Under the pieces are notes generated by a model, which made no database searches, was not told the origin of the DNA, and saw only the letters and a list, made by a program, of their open reading frames with translations. Positions 36,534 through 45,740 of a stretch of DNA of 64,000 bases are shown here, in pieces; position 1 is the stretch's first letter, and every line of letters starts with the position of its first letter. The DNA is taken from the IMG/VR virus record IMGVR_UViG_3300021378_001157; one strand, 5' to 3'. The translations under genes were made by a program, and so were the position numbers. The stretch comes from an uncultured virus (IMG/VR IMGVR_UViG_3300021378_001157). Lineage: Duplodnaviria; Heunggongvirae; Uroviricota; Caudoviricetes.

Positions 36534-37700
36534 TTAATTATTATTGTAAATATCTCGCGTATAGATTTTGGATTCAATGATATCATCAGACATTCTATTT
36601 GTAACAATTACATCTGATAGCTCGTTGAACTTATCTATATCATTTTCTATAATACAACCTAAAAATTTAGTATCTTCAATCATGGGCTCATGTATAATAA
36701 CCTTTACTCCAGCCTTGGTAAGTCTATCAATGACACCTTGTACTGCTGAACACCTATAGTTATCTGAACCAGATTTCATGGCGAGTCTATAGATTCCAAC
36801 GATTGATATATTATCTCTTTGTCTTATCATTGATGAAATCCAATCTTTTCTGTTCTCATTCGCATATACAATACTTTGAATAATCTTGTTAGGTATGTGA
36901 TGCTCTCTAAAATTGGCTAGTAATTGTTTTGTATCTTTAGGAAAACAGTAGCCGCCATAACCAAATGATGGATTACTATAACCTCTACCGATACGTGAAT
37001 CCCCTGTAACTCCTTCTATAATAGAATAAGCATTCATGTTAGTTGCTTCTGCATACATATCTAATTCATTAAAGAATGCAACTCTCATTGCTAGATAGCT
37101 ATTTGCAAAGAGTTTAATTGATTCAGCCTCTCTTGTACCACATAGATTAACAGGCGGCATTGGAAAGTTTTGTATAATACATTCATTAATAAGTTCAGCA
37201 AATGATTCTCCGATATCTCCTATATCACCTACTACTATTCTTTCTGGTCTTAGACAGTCTCTTAACGCGGTACCTTCTCTTAAAAACTCTGGAGAGAATA
37301 TTATATTACTACCATATTTCTCTTGCATCCTATCAATAAAGCCTACAGGTATAGTTGACTTAACTACAATATTTGCATTATATTCTACTGCATCTCTAAT
37401 ACAACCTTCAACAGTATCAGTATTAAAGTAGTTTGTTGCTTCATCATAATCAGTTGGTGTTGCAATTATAACCCAGTCAGCATCTTCATATGCCGTCTTC
37501 TTATCCAGGGTCGCCTTAAGTGATAACTTACCTTCTGATAGTTCATTAGATATTTCTTTATCTTCAATAGTAGATACTCCAAGATTAATTGAAGCCACTC
37601 TTAACTTATCAATGTCTAAAATTGTTACATCATGTTTCTTGGCAAACATCACTGCATTTGCCATACCAACGTAACCCGAACCCACTACCGTTATTTTCAT
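36534..37700 (-). CDS. ugd: UDP-glucose 6-dehydrogenase
   Basis: GSGYVG, KSTIPVG, SPEFLREG, IKLFAN, GYGGYCFPKD, MKSGSDN. Confidence 0.94.
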   Translation of the reverse strand: MKITVVGSGYVGMANAVMFAKKHDVTILDIDKLRVASINLGVSTIEDKEISNELSEGKLSLKATLDKKTAYEDADWVIIATPTDYDEATNYFNTDTVEGCIRDAVEYNANIVVKSTIPVGFIDRMQEKYGSNIIFSPEFLREGTALRDCLRPERIVVGDIGDIGESFAELINECIIQNFPMPPVNLCGTREAESIKLFANSYLAMRVAFFNELDMYAEATNMNAYSIIEGVTGDSRIGRGYSNPSFGYGGYCFPKDTKQLLANFREHHIPNKIIQSIVYANENRKDWISSMIRQRDNISIVGIYRLAMKSGSDNYRCSAVQGVIDRLTKAGVKVIIHEPMIEDTKFLGCIIENDIDKFNELSDVIVTNRMSDDIIESKIYTRDIYNNN

Positions 37701-38623
37701 AAACTATTCCTATGTACAAATTCTAAGGCTCTCTCTGCCTCTTTATCTAATGGTCTTTTATTATACCAATTACCCGTATCTAAATCTAGCTCTCTACATA
37801 AGTATGCAATTTCTTTTGAAGTGATAGGGTACTTATTACTTATAGCATTACCTGCCAGTGCTACCATAATCTGATACATTTTATGATACCAACCACTGCC
37901 TGTAATCGTTCTATATTCTTGTTCTAATTTCTTTGGAAAGAAAGGACAATCTTTATAGCCAGTCCATGTAACTTTCGTATTTGTTAGTGAAGACTTCATG
38001 TGAGCCATCATGGCTTCTTGCATCTTCTTAGGTAATTTATCAAAGAATGAATTCCCACTTTTTTCTATATACTCGTGGCGAGACATAATATCATGGGGAG
38101 ATATTGGTTCGCCTTCTTTAGTAAAGATAAAGTTATATGCATTAGCATACTTGCCTGGAATATAATACATTCTTGATAAATCTTTGGTCTGAATATCACC
38201 CATTTCACCAAGTTCTTTGTTGAGGGCGTACCAGAAATGTTTAATATTGTCTTTGTTAACAAACTCTGTAAGGGGAAAGACAAGTCTAAACTTTGGCAAG
38301 TCTTTTGTGGATGAAGCAGTAGAGTAACAAATATAGTGATAGTCTTTACATTTTTTATCCAAGAACTCTTGTAAGTCCTCGGTGCAATCATCTACATCTA
38401 TTGCACACCAGCCACCCCAGCCTTCTACATTATCGTTCTTTCTTGTTGTACCAGCAGAATAAAAAGCAGGAGACATTAACTCAGCTGACTTCTTATCTTT
38501 TCTTGGTTTCTCGGAAAGGCGATATAGTATAGTTTCAAAATCTTTAAATGTTGGTAAGTCAATACTCTTATTAGTTTGAATGTCAAAGAGTGACTCGAAT
38601 AGTGTGCCTGATACTTTATCCAT
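37697..38623 (-). CDS. archaeo-eukaryotic primase (AEP/PrimPol)-superfamily protein
   Basis: AIDVDD (DxD), YSTASS...KFRLVFPL, KDLSRMYYIP; helical C-terminal domain. Confidence 0.7.
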   Translation of the reverse strand: MDKVSGTLFESLFDIQTNKSIDLPTFKDFETILYRLSEKPRKDKKSAELMSPAFYSAGTTRKNDNVEGWGGWCAIDVDDCTEDLQEFLDKKCKDYHYICYSTASSTKDLPKFRLVFPLTEFVNKDNIKHFWYALNKELGEMGDIQTKDLSRMYYIPGKYANAYNFIFTKEGEPISPHDIMSRHEYIEKSGNSFFDKLPKKMQEAMMAHMKSSLTNTKVTWTGYKDCPFFPKKLEQEYRTITGSGWYHKMYQIMVALAGNAISNKYPITSKEIAYLCRELDLDTGNWYNKRPLDKEAERALEFVHRNSL

Positions 38624-38632
38624 AATACCTAT

Positions 38633-38661
38633 ATTATACTACAAATCAGTCTGCTTGTAAA
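38633..38661 (-). promoter_or_regulatory. early promoter
   Basis: TTTACA-N17-TATAAT. Confidence 0.8.
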
Positions 38662-39572
38662 GAGGTTTTTAATATTAATTTTAAATTTTTATAATCATTA
38701 AAGAATCTTCGTTTATGCTCTAACTTGTATCCTTTGCTTGACCCTTCTACTAACTCAACAACTCTAAAGTTCTTAGGCCAAAGAGATGCAAAATGGTCAT
38801 AAAATTCTTTTCTTTTTTCTACACTAGCCCAATCAGTTAATTGATTACCACCAGCATTAGTCCCAGAAGAGGGAGTTTGGAAATTGATATGAGAGAATGC
38901 CATGGTGCACATTTTTGCCTCTAGAGCACGTAATGTATAATCCCAATCTTCTACTGTTCCTTCTCTCCAATCTTGGTCGAAATCATTATTAATAATGGAA
39001 CAGCCATAACCTAATTGATTTAATTTAATAGGTTTTGGTTTAGAGAAAGCAAATGCATTAGAGGTCATACCACCTACCGCAACATTTTCAAAGATAGTAA
39101 ACACTTGTTCAATAATAGACATTGAGTGTAATAGATTAACCCTCTTGTTTTTATCATCCATTCTCATTGTAAAGTATTTCATATCATCATCCATTTGCCA
39201 ATGATAAGATTCTCCTTGAGATTTTGAATAATTTTTAATCCAAGTTCGTGCGTATTGGATGCCTTGGTCGTTTTTATCTAAGGTAAGTAGATGATTATGA
39301 GGAACAGTCTCAACATATTCTTCGTAATCCTGTGGTTCAACTACTATTCTACATGGTATTTGCTCTTCAACACATAGATTATATGTGGTATGAGAAGATG
39401 CTCGTCCCTTAGATGGGATATAAACAGTATGTCTTTGTATGGTTTGATTTGAATAGTCAGCAATCAAATCCTCTACTAGCTTTTCAATATTGAAATTTGA
39501 TTCTTGTTCTGACCCATCCAATATTGCAAATATGTCTTGACCTTCCGATATATACTTCTTAACATCAATCAT
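38646..39572 (-). CDS. TET-associated (TAGT/GREB1-like) GT-A glycosyltransferase, copy 2
   Basis: YIPSKGRA, VVEPQDY..Y, ARTWI, WQMDDD, EDWD, GGN. Confidence 0.78.
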   Translation of the reverse strand: MIDVKKYISEGQDIFAILDGSEQESNFNIEKLVEDLIADYSNQTIQRHTVYIPSKGRASSHTTYNLCVEEQIPCRIVVEPQDYEEYVETVPHNHLLTLDKNDQGIQYARTWIKNYSKSQGESYHWQMDDDMKYFTMRMDDKNKRVNLLHSMSIIEQVFTIFENVAVGGMTSNAFAFSKPKPIKLNQLGYGCSIINNDFDQDWREGTVEDWDYTLRALEAKMCTMAFSHINFQTPSSGTNAGGNQLTDWASVEKRKEFYDHFASLWPKNFRVVELVEGSSKGYKLEHKRRFFNDYKNLKLILKTSLQAD

Positions 39573-39574
39573 GT

Positions 39575-39934
39575 TTATTCTACCTTTATTTCTCCTTCAT
39601 CAAGTACTGCATCTACATCAGGATTGCCTTCAATTTGGTCTTCGTGCATCCATCTCAATAGAGAGTTCTTACTTTTATCTGCCGCTGGAAACCAAATACC
39701 TTTTGTTTTAGGTGTTACAGTTTGTCCGACAAGTTCTGCAAACTTAGCAAGGTCTTCTTCGTTACGGAATCTAATCTTTAACATTTTCCATGCTTCGTTT
39801 TGTTTCTGGTCGAATTCTGGCATAGAATCCCACTGATGTGGTGTTTCTTGTACCTCTTCTCCAGATAATACAAATAGACTTTCACCTTCGTAATTGGCTT
39901 GTCTATCTTTGGTTGAATTATTTTTAACTGCCAT
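39575..39934 (-). CDS. small partner protein of the TAGT glycosyltransferases
   Basis: W..MPEF.Q...RF..EEDL..F.EL.GQ..T.KTK.IWFP; lies between the two GT genes. Confidence 0.6.
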   Translation of the reverse strand: MAVKNNSTKDRQANYEGESLFVLSGEEVQETPHQWDSMPEFDQKQNEAWKMLKIRFRNEEDLAKFAELVGQTVTPKTKGIWFPAADKSKNSLLRWMHEDQIEGNPDVDAVLDEGEIKVE

Positions 39935-40833
39935 TATATTGCCTCCTGTTTTAATCTGACTAGTTTTAGACCTTTATTGTCTATACCTTTAGATATATTT
40001 AGGTCTGATTTTAGGGTAGGTTTTCCCTTCTGAAATACTGAATAATCAATATGGTGATGCCACCTGCCCCACTTCCAAGTAACTTTAACTACATCAGGAT
40101 GCTGTCTTTGTAATGACTCAGCAAACTCTCTTCGGTTATCATATTCTTCATTACCTTTACGATTCCCTTGGTCACCTGTTTGGTCAATGTTATAAAGTTC
40201 TTCTGTATTACCACCTTTCATTGTCATGGTAGTAATCTTACCACACGCAAAGTTATTAAATAACATTGTATGGTATCCACCTTTCATAATCCTTAGTGAT
40301 AAATCCGTATCTTCATTGAATCTACCTCTCCAGGCATATTCTGGATAGATATCATTAGCCAATAGAATACAGGAATAGACCCTAGTATTATGATAGTAAG
40401 GTGGTCGCTTTGTAGTTGCTGGTAAGAAGTAACTATAGTTTAAGCCTGACATTTTGACATCTGTATATCTATCAGTAAATTCTTCACTAGCACTAAAGCA
40501 CGTTCCGTCTGTTATCTTAATCTTTGCATTCTTATGGAGTCTATACATATGCTGTATATTATCATCAAGAATCCAATGTCTTTCTGCCCCTGTTGAACAT
40601 GCATGTTCCCAAACAAAGTTACGGACTGGAATAGAACCTTCACCTAGATTTGAAAATGGAGTAACTAGAATATTATCTGGGTCAATGACTGCAGCGTAAT
40701 CGTTATATTCTTGTGGTTCAACTACTATAGTATAAGGGGTGCCATTTGCTTCTAGTGTCTTAACTGTAAGTCTAGTGTCAGCACGACCCTTTGATATAAT
40801 ATAGATTGGATATTTTGGTTGATTACCTGCCAT
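39934..40833 (-). CDS. TET-associated (TAGT/GREB1-like) GT-A glycosyltransferase, copy 1
   Basis: YPIYIISKGRA, VEPQEY..Y, RNFVWEH, WILDDNI, NEDTDL, KGGNT. Confidence 0.8.
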   Translation of the reverse strand: MAGNQPKYPIYIISKGRADTRLTVKTLEANGTPYTIVVEPQEYNDYAAVIDPDNILVTPFSNLGEGSIPVRNFVWEHACSTGAERHWILDDNIQHMYRLHKNAKIKITDGTCFSASEEFTDRYTDVKMSGLNYSYFLPATTKRPPYYHNTRVYSCILLANDIYPEYAWRGRFNEDTDLSLRIMKGGYHTMLFNNFACGKITTMTMKGGNTEELYNIDQTGDQGNRKGNEEYDNRREFAESLQRQHPDVVKVTWKWGRWHHHIDYSVFQKGKPTLKSDLNISKGIDNKGLKLVRLKQEAI

Positions 40834-41141
40834 TATTCCTCCTTGATAAAGATTCCGTCTACCATCTTTCCCTTTCGGTCTTTAATATCATTGTAAGCTA
40901 CTTCTAAACATCTATCAATAGTGAGATTATTTCTCATTGCAATGTTGATTAGTACTACCATACAATCACCGATATCATCTGCGACATCTTTACCCTTACA
41001 TACATTATCAGAAAGTTCACCGACTTCCTGAATCAGTTTACATACTTGGTCTTTATCAGTCGCGCCATCAATTAGATTTCTGTCTTGATGCCACTGGCCG
41101 ATTTTCTGGACCCATTCACCTGTTCGAGCACTTATATTCAT
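40833..41141 (-). CDS. MazG-like NTP pyrophosphohydrolase
   Basis: KLIQEVGEL, DDIGD, AYNDIKDRKG. Confidence 0.85.
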   Translation of the reverse strand: MNISARTGEWVQKIGQWHQDRNLIDGATDKDQVCKLIQEVGELSDNVCKGKDVADDIGDCMVVLINIAMRNNLTIDRCLEVAYNDIKDRKGKMVDGIFIKEE

Positions 41142-41428
41142 TAGACTATGATATCCGTATTTGGTGTGATTAAAGATGATTTAGGCTTAAGTTGTGCCTC
41201 AATCTGTTGTACTAATTCATCTAATGGGTCAGCAACAAACAGTACAAATTGTTTATTGATTTTAAGACCATCTTTAGCATTCTTAGTGTATGGCATAAAT
41301 GGCATGAAAGCAATCTTACCTTCTCCGCCTGGGATTAAGATAAATCCATTTTTAATAATATAAGAGTTGTCATTTTCTGTAACATCTCCGATAATTTCTT
41401 CTCCTGATGAGATTCTAACTAGTTTCAT
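41141..41428 (-). CDS. Sm-like fold hypothetical protein
   Basis: KLVRISSGEEIIG...PFMPY. Confidence 0.6.
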   Translation of the reverse strand: MKLVRISSGEEIIGDVTENDNSYIIKNGFILIPGGEGKIAFMPFMPYTKNAKDGLKINKQFVLFVADPLDELVQQIEAQLKPKSSLITPNTDIIV

Positions 41429-41456
41429 AATATTTCCTTAGTGTGTTAATATGTAT

Positions 41457-41485
41457 ATTATACTATACTTTTCCATAAAAGTAAA
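41457..41485 (-). promoter_or_regulatory. early promoter
   Basis: TTTACT-N17-TATAAT. Confidence 0.8.
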
Positions 41486-41490
41486 GTGTT

Positions 41491-43989
41491 TTATCCAAAA
41501 AAGTCCTCTAAACTTGAAGTTTCTTCGGTATTCCATCCAATCGCCTTGAAGATAGGTTCAATAGGGTCAAGGAATGTTTTTTGAAATTGGGTTTCATAAT
41601 CTATATAGTGTTCCAATTCGAACTCTTTTGGGAGATACTGCATGAAGCCGATTACGTTTTCTTTGATAGGGTTGGGAGATTTGAGATATATAAATTTAAT
41701 CTTCTCGCCATTCTTGATTGGCTGATACTTTTTGGTAAGACTTTTATTCTTTAACATTCTGTTATGGAGTAGAGCAGCACGAACATGCATTGGGCAACCT
41801 TTCTTGTAGATGGTCTGCATATTTGAATACTCTGTAACATTACTAACTCCACGTGGGAATGCAATATCATGTGCAGGTAATGTTTGGAAGTAATCTTTAA
41901 ATTGTAATATTGCCTTTTGGTTATCACTCTCGGAACCCTTCATAATAACTTTGAATAACTCTTTAAGAGCATCACGGCATGGTGCAGGGGTAGAAGATTT
42001 GATGGCCTCGATACCCATGATTTTTAGTTTTGGTTCTTTATATCTAACACCTTCATTGTCATGGACATTAAGGATATATCTTTTCTTTGCAGTCCATATT
42101 GCACGGTCAGCAATGGCCTCTCTCTTCATAACCATACGATTATCAATGCCACCCATACAGTCGAACAGTTCTTGATATGCCTGACTAAGGACTGGTTCTA
42201 GTTTTTCACTAGCAACTTTATCAAGAAAGTCAACAGGATTGGATGGGTTGACCTGTTCGACCAATGGGCCAAGATTGACATAGAGCGAGTCTGTATCAAT
42301 GGCAATAATATAATCTGTATCTGTGTTCATTACTTTATTTAGGTACTTATTTAGTGCGACTTCTGCCCATCGGATAGTCAACTGACCAGAGAGTGTAATG
42401 GCCTCGGCAATACGTTGGTCAAAGAAACGGAAGTACTTGTTACCCATAGCACCATAAAGGGAGTTAAGTAGAATTTTAATAGCCATCTGTTGATTTTCTG
42501 CCACAGATATTCTACGTTCAATATCATATAGTTTCTGTTTATCTCCAGGGACTACATTCTGTAATTCTTTCTGAGCCTCAATCATCTGTTTCTTGATTAC
42601 AACACGTTCACTATATAAATCATCTACTAGAGTAGGCATCATACCCTTCTTATCACTACTGAAGCACTGACCATTACCACCTACAGCATGACCATCTCGT
42701 TCAAAGGTATAACCATCTAGTATCTTATCAATGTTAATAGGTAAGACTTCGCCATTCTGAATGGTCTCGGGTGACATATTATACTGCATGATGATTGATG
42801 GGTATAGTGAATTAAGGTCGAATGATACCACGTGTTCGTGTAAACCAACTACTGGGTCTTTAACATAACCGCCAGGGTAATTAGTCTTAATCTTATTCTC
42901 GGAGAAAGGCATGGCAATCTTTCGGTCATTAAGATATCTGTAAATAATAGTATCCCAGATTGCAGTGACTCCGAATGTATCTGAATAGTTAACACCACCT
43001 TTATAAGCCATGGTTAACATAAGAGTAATAAGACCCATCTTATCTTCTAGTCGGTCAACCAATTCAACGTCTTTAATATTATAATCAATGAATTTTTGAT
43101 GGTCATTTTTATATAGGCTGTGAAGTGAGCCATATTCTTCATAAGATAGTTTCTTCTCGCCTAGAATTACGTGAGCAATATGATTAAGAGCATAAGATTC
43201 TTGAGCTGTGTAAGTATATTTTTGGAAGAGTTCCATGTAATCTGCATGACCAATACCCTTGATATCAAAGACAGTTTGTTCTCTGTTCATTTTACGGGCA
43301 GTTCTTCGGTCAACCATACCCCATGGAGATAGTCTTTTAGGAGCATCATCGCCAAGTAATCTGATTGTTCTATTAACAATGTATGGTATATCAAAGTACA
43401 TAGTGTTCCAGCCAGTAATAATATCTGGGCACTGACTTGGTAAAGACCAATGATTGATAAACTTGTTTATTAAATCTACTTCGGATATGCAGTGTTCATA
43501 TACAACACGGTGCGATTTCATATAGGTCTTATCTACATCAAAATCACCAAGACCCCATACATAATAAGTATTGTCAATATTGTTCTTCATTGCAATAGAT
43601 ATGATAGGGTGTTCTGCTTGTTCGGGTTCTGGGAAACCATCATCTGATGCAACCTCGATATCAATAGAGGTTACGTTGATTAGGTTACGATTAAATTCAA
43701 TTTGGCCAGGGAACTGGTCATTGATAAACTGAGAGATATATCTGTCGTTGCCAAAGATTTCTCTACCAGCTGTATGTTTGTTAACATCCATCCAATCTTT
43801 TGCCTCTCGCATAGAATCGAATTTGATAGGGGCACATGGAGTACCATCAAGCGATGTCCAATCTCCTTGCGGAGTGTTAACGAATAAGGTGGGTTTGTAT
43901 TTGATACGTTTTTGTACTTTCTTGCCATTTTCATAGCCTCGATAAAGTAACATATTCGCATATCTAGTGACGTTTGTATAAAAATTCAT
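41491..43989 (-). CDS. 43: family B DNA polymerase gp43
   Basis: DIEV exo I, FDLNSLYPS, KILLNSLYG, DTDS, KKRY, C-terminal clamp motif SLEDFF; start set at MNFY. Confidence 0.97.
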   Translation of the reverse strand: MNFYTNVTRYANMLLYRGYENGKKVQKRIKYKPTLFVNTPQGDWTSLDGTPCAPIKFDSMREAKDWMDVNKHTAGREIFGNDRYISQFINDQFPGQIEFNRNLINVTSIDIEVASDDGFPEPEQAEHPIISIAMKNNIDNTYYVWGLGDFDVDKTYMKSHRVVYEHCISEVDLINKFINHWSLPSQCPDIITGWNTMYFDIPYIVNRTIRLLGDDAPKRLSPWGMVDRRTARKMNREQTVFDIKGIGHADYMELFQKYTYTAQESYALNHIAHVILGEKKLSYEEYGSLHSLYKNDHQKFIDYNIKDVELVDRLEDKMGLITLMLTMAYKGGVNYSDTFGVTAIWDTIIYRYLNDRKIAMPFSENKIKTNYPGGYVKDPVVGLHEHVVSFDLNSLYPSIIMQYNMSPETIQNGEVLPINIDKILDGYTFERDGHAVGGNGQCFSSDKKGMMPTLVDDLYSERVVIKKQMIEAQKELQNVVPGDKQKLYDIERRISVAENQQMAIKILLNSLYGAMGNKYFRFFDQRIAEAITLSGQLTIRWAEVALNKYLNKVMNTDTDYIIAIDTDSLYVNLGPLVEQVNPSNPVDFLDKVASEKLEPVLSQAYQELFDCMGGIDNRMVMKREAIADRAIWTAKKRYILNVHDNEGVRYKEPKLKIMGIEAIKSSTPAPCRDALKELFKVIMKGSESDNQKAILQFKDYFQTLPAHDIAFPRGVSNVTEYSNMQTIYKKGCPMHVRAALLHNRMLKNKSLTKKYQPIKNGEKIKFIYLKSPNPIKENVIGFMQYLPKEFELEHYIDYETQFQKTFLDPIEPIFKAIGWNTEETSSLEDFFG

Positions 43990-44017
43990 ATAGTCCAATC
44001 CATAATTTATTAAGTAT

Positions 44018-44046
44018 ATTATACTACAATTCACACATAATGTAAA
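44018..44046 (-). promoter_or_regulatory. early promoter of gene 43
   Basis: TTTACA-N17-TATAAT. Confidence 0.8.
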
Positions 44047-44056
44047 GAGGTTTTTT

Positions 44057-44092
44057 AAAAAAAGTTGAATGGTACCCCGAAGGATACCATTC
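44057..44092 (-). terminator. intrinsic terminator with CUUCGG tetraloop
   Basis: GAATGGTATCC-TTCG-GGGTACCATTC followed by a T run. Confidence 0.85.
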
Positions 44093-44109
44093 GTGTTTTA
44101 AACATCGAC

Positions 44110-44250
44110 CTAAATACCTGTGTAGGCTAGCCAAATAATACTTGGAGCTATCATAAATGTTAGACCAATATATAAGGTTAGTTCTGCAAGCTCTTTAAGG
44201 GTCGATGAGATATCATCATGTTTTTGCACGATGTTGAGTAAAGTTCTCAT
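44110..44250 (-). CDS. 46-aa single-TM protein
   Basis: Hand-translated MRTLLNIVQKHDD...LYIGLTFMIAPSIIWLAYTGI; GGAG SD. Confidence 0.6.
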   Translation of the reverse strand: MRTLLNIVQKHDDISSTLKELAELTLYIGLTFMIAPSIIWLAYTGI

Positions 44251-44310
44251 CTTGTATCTCCAGTAGAAATTGTTTCAAATATCCACTGAGTTTTCGCTGC
44301 TCACCAGAAT

Positions 44311-44766
44311 CTATTCTTGAATAAATTCCTTCTTCTTTGATGCCCCAGCAGACCCTAAATGAATCTTCCTAGGACGCCTCTCTTCTGGAACTTCAACTCT
44401 GGCATTCACCACGAGAATTCCGTTCACAAGGTCGGCACCATCTATAACGACAAACTCGGAAAGACGGAAGTTCTTTTCGAATTTACGGGATGATATACCT
44501 TTATGTGCATATTCGCGAGCATCATCTTCAGCCTTTACGCCTTTTACTAAAAGAATCCCGTCCTTTACTTCTACGGAAATATCTTCTTCCGAGAATCCAG
44601 CAACTGCTAGTTCAATGATAAAGTGTTCATCATCTACCTTAACAACGTTATGGGGTGGATAGTTATCTTGAGCTCTTCCAGCTGTGTGGATTCTTTCAAG
44701 TTCGTTTAGTATAGGTTCAAAGCCTATGAATAAAGAACGCGGCACGTTCATTGTATTTCTTACCAT
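44311..44766 (-). CDS. hsp20: small heat shock protein (IbpA-like)
   Basis: NYPPHN, IELAVAGF, HKGIS.R.F, NGIL, PEE.RPRKI. Confidence 0.93.
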   Translation of the reverse strand: MVRNTMNVPRSLFIGFEPILNELERIHTAGRAQDNYPPHNVVKVDDEHFIIELAVAGFSEEDISVEVKDGILLVKGVKAEDDAREYAHKGISSRKFEKNFRLSEFVVIDGADLVNGILVVNARVEVPEERRPRKIHLGSAGASKKKEFIQE

Positions 44767-44774
44767 TTTAGTTT

Positions 44775-44793
44775 CCTCCTATATATAGCAAGG
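44775..44793 (-). promoter_or_regulatory. ROSE-like RNA thermometer hairpin over the hsp20 SD
   Basis: CCUUGCUA-UAUA-UAGGAGG: UUGCU pairs with AGGA with a bulged G. Confidence 0.65.
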
Positions 44794-44826
44794 TTATTAT
44801 GTGGCCCGATTATTCGGCACCACTAT

Positions 44827-44834
44827 TATTTATA
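44827..44834 (-). promoter_or_regulatory. late promoter of hsp20
   Basis: Intergenic TATAAATA. Confidence 0.8.
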
Positions 44835-44865
44835 CAAGTAGTAACACTTGTTTAAACAATTCTTT

Positions 44866-44955
44866 TTAGAAACATTTGTTAATGACTTTATTAAGTCTGC
44901 TACATTTCATAAATTTATGAAAATGTTTCCATTGTTTTTTAAGTAGTTTTTTCAT
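44866..44955 (-). CDS. possible 29-aa basic peptide
   Basis: MKKLLKKQWKHFHKFMKCSRLNKVINKCF overlapping the regA end. Confidence 0.35.
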   Translation of the reverse strand: MKKLLKKQWKHFHKFMKCSRLNKVINKCF

Positions 44956-45376
44956 TTTTGCTATTTCCAATATTGTATTTTGGACATAGCTGCCATTCAA
45001 CTTTTTCTTTGTAGGGTATTACTTTAATTTGCCTCAATGGAGCTACATCCTTACTTTGCTCTGGATTGAGAATTGTTATTAAGCCCCAATCAGCAAGTAG
45101 TGTTGCTATTGTATTCCTGCGATGTAAATCATTCTCTATTAAGTTAGATGGTTTGCCATCTAGCAAGAATAATTCTTTAAAGTGAACAATAAAGTATCTG
45201 CCTTGTTTATGTAATATATGACAAGATTGATATAGCTTTTGGTCTTTCCGACTAGCTACACCGATACGTGTTAATGTTTCTCTAATCTTTAGGAAATCAT
45301 CTGGTTCGTTGAGAGAGACTTCCAACATATCTGCTGGAGTCCAGTTTTTAATTTCAATATTATTTTCGTTTTCCAC
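44939..45376 (-). CDS. regA: translational repressor RegA
   Basis: PDDFLKIRETLTRIG, LYQSCHILHKQGRY.IVHFKE. Confidence 0.96.
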   Translation of the reverse strand: MENENNIEIKNWTPADMLEVSLNEPDDFLKIRETLTRIGVASRKDQKLYQSCHILHKQGRYFIVHFKELFLLDGKPSNLIENDLHRRNTIATLLADWGLITILNPEQSKDVAPLRQIKVIPYKEKVEWQLCPKYNIGNSKNEKTT

Positions 45377-45740
45377 CTTTATACATCCTTTTTTTCAATG
45401 TTTCCAACTGTTCATTATTAAGTAAGGATAGTACGGACTTAGCCTTTTCATTACTATATCCATAATATTCTTTGATAATTTCCAAGTTTGAAACGGATTC
45501 TGGTTTGGCCCACTTGGACCACCTTTTCTGCTTCTTAACTATATTTATAAAAAAATCATATTGAAGACGTGCATCCAGATGGTGATTTACGTTCATTTCA
45601 TTTGCATATAGAATAGTATCTCGGAAGTTACCAAGGCCACGATTGACTATGAAAGCATTATATTCTTTCTCAGCAATATCATCTACCATAATACCTTTCT
45701 TATTGTTAGTGATATCGTTTATATAGTCAAAGGGGTTCAT
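45360..45740 (-). CDS. 62: clamp loader small subunit gp62
   Basis: Y..FIVNR, ANEMN, KR.SKW.K, YYGYS.EKA; follows gene 44. Confidence 0.9.
   Translation of the reverse strand: MNPFDYINDITNNKKGIMVDDIAEKEYNAFIVNRGLGNFRDTILYANEMNVNHHLDARLQYDFFINIVKKQKRWSKWAKPESVSNLEIIKEYYGYSNEKAKSVLSLLNNEQLETLKKRMYKGGKRK

Noticed and set aside
12701..44034. Introns or inteins in nrdA, nrdB, 41, uvsX, thyX or 43
   Set aside because: All are uninterrupted and of normal length; the nrdA-nrdB gap holds a small ORF.
44255..44310. Hammerhead-like CTGGTGA..GAAA core downstream of hsp20
   Set aside because: The core deviates from CUGANGA, stem II is essentially absent, and stem I cannot be formed.
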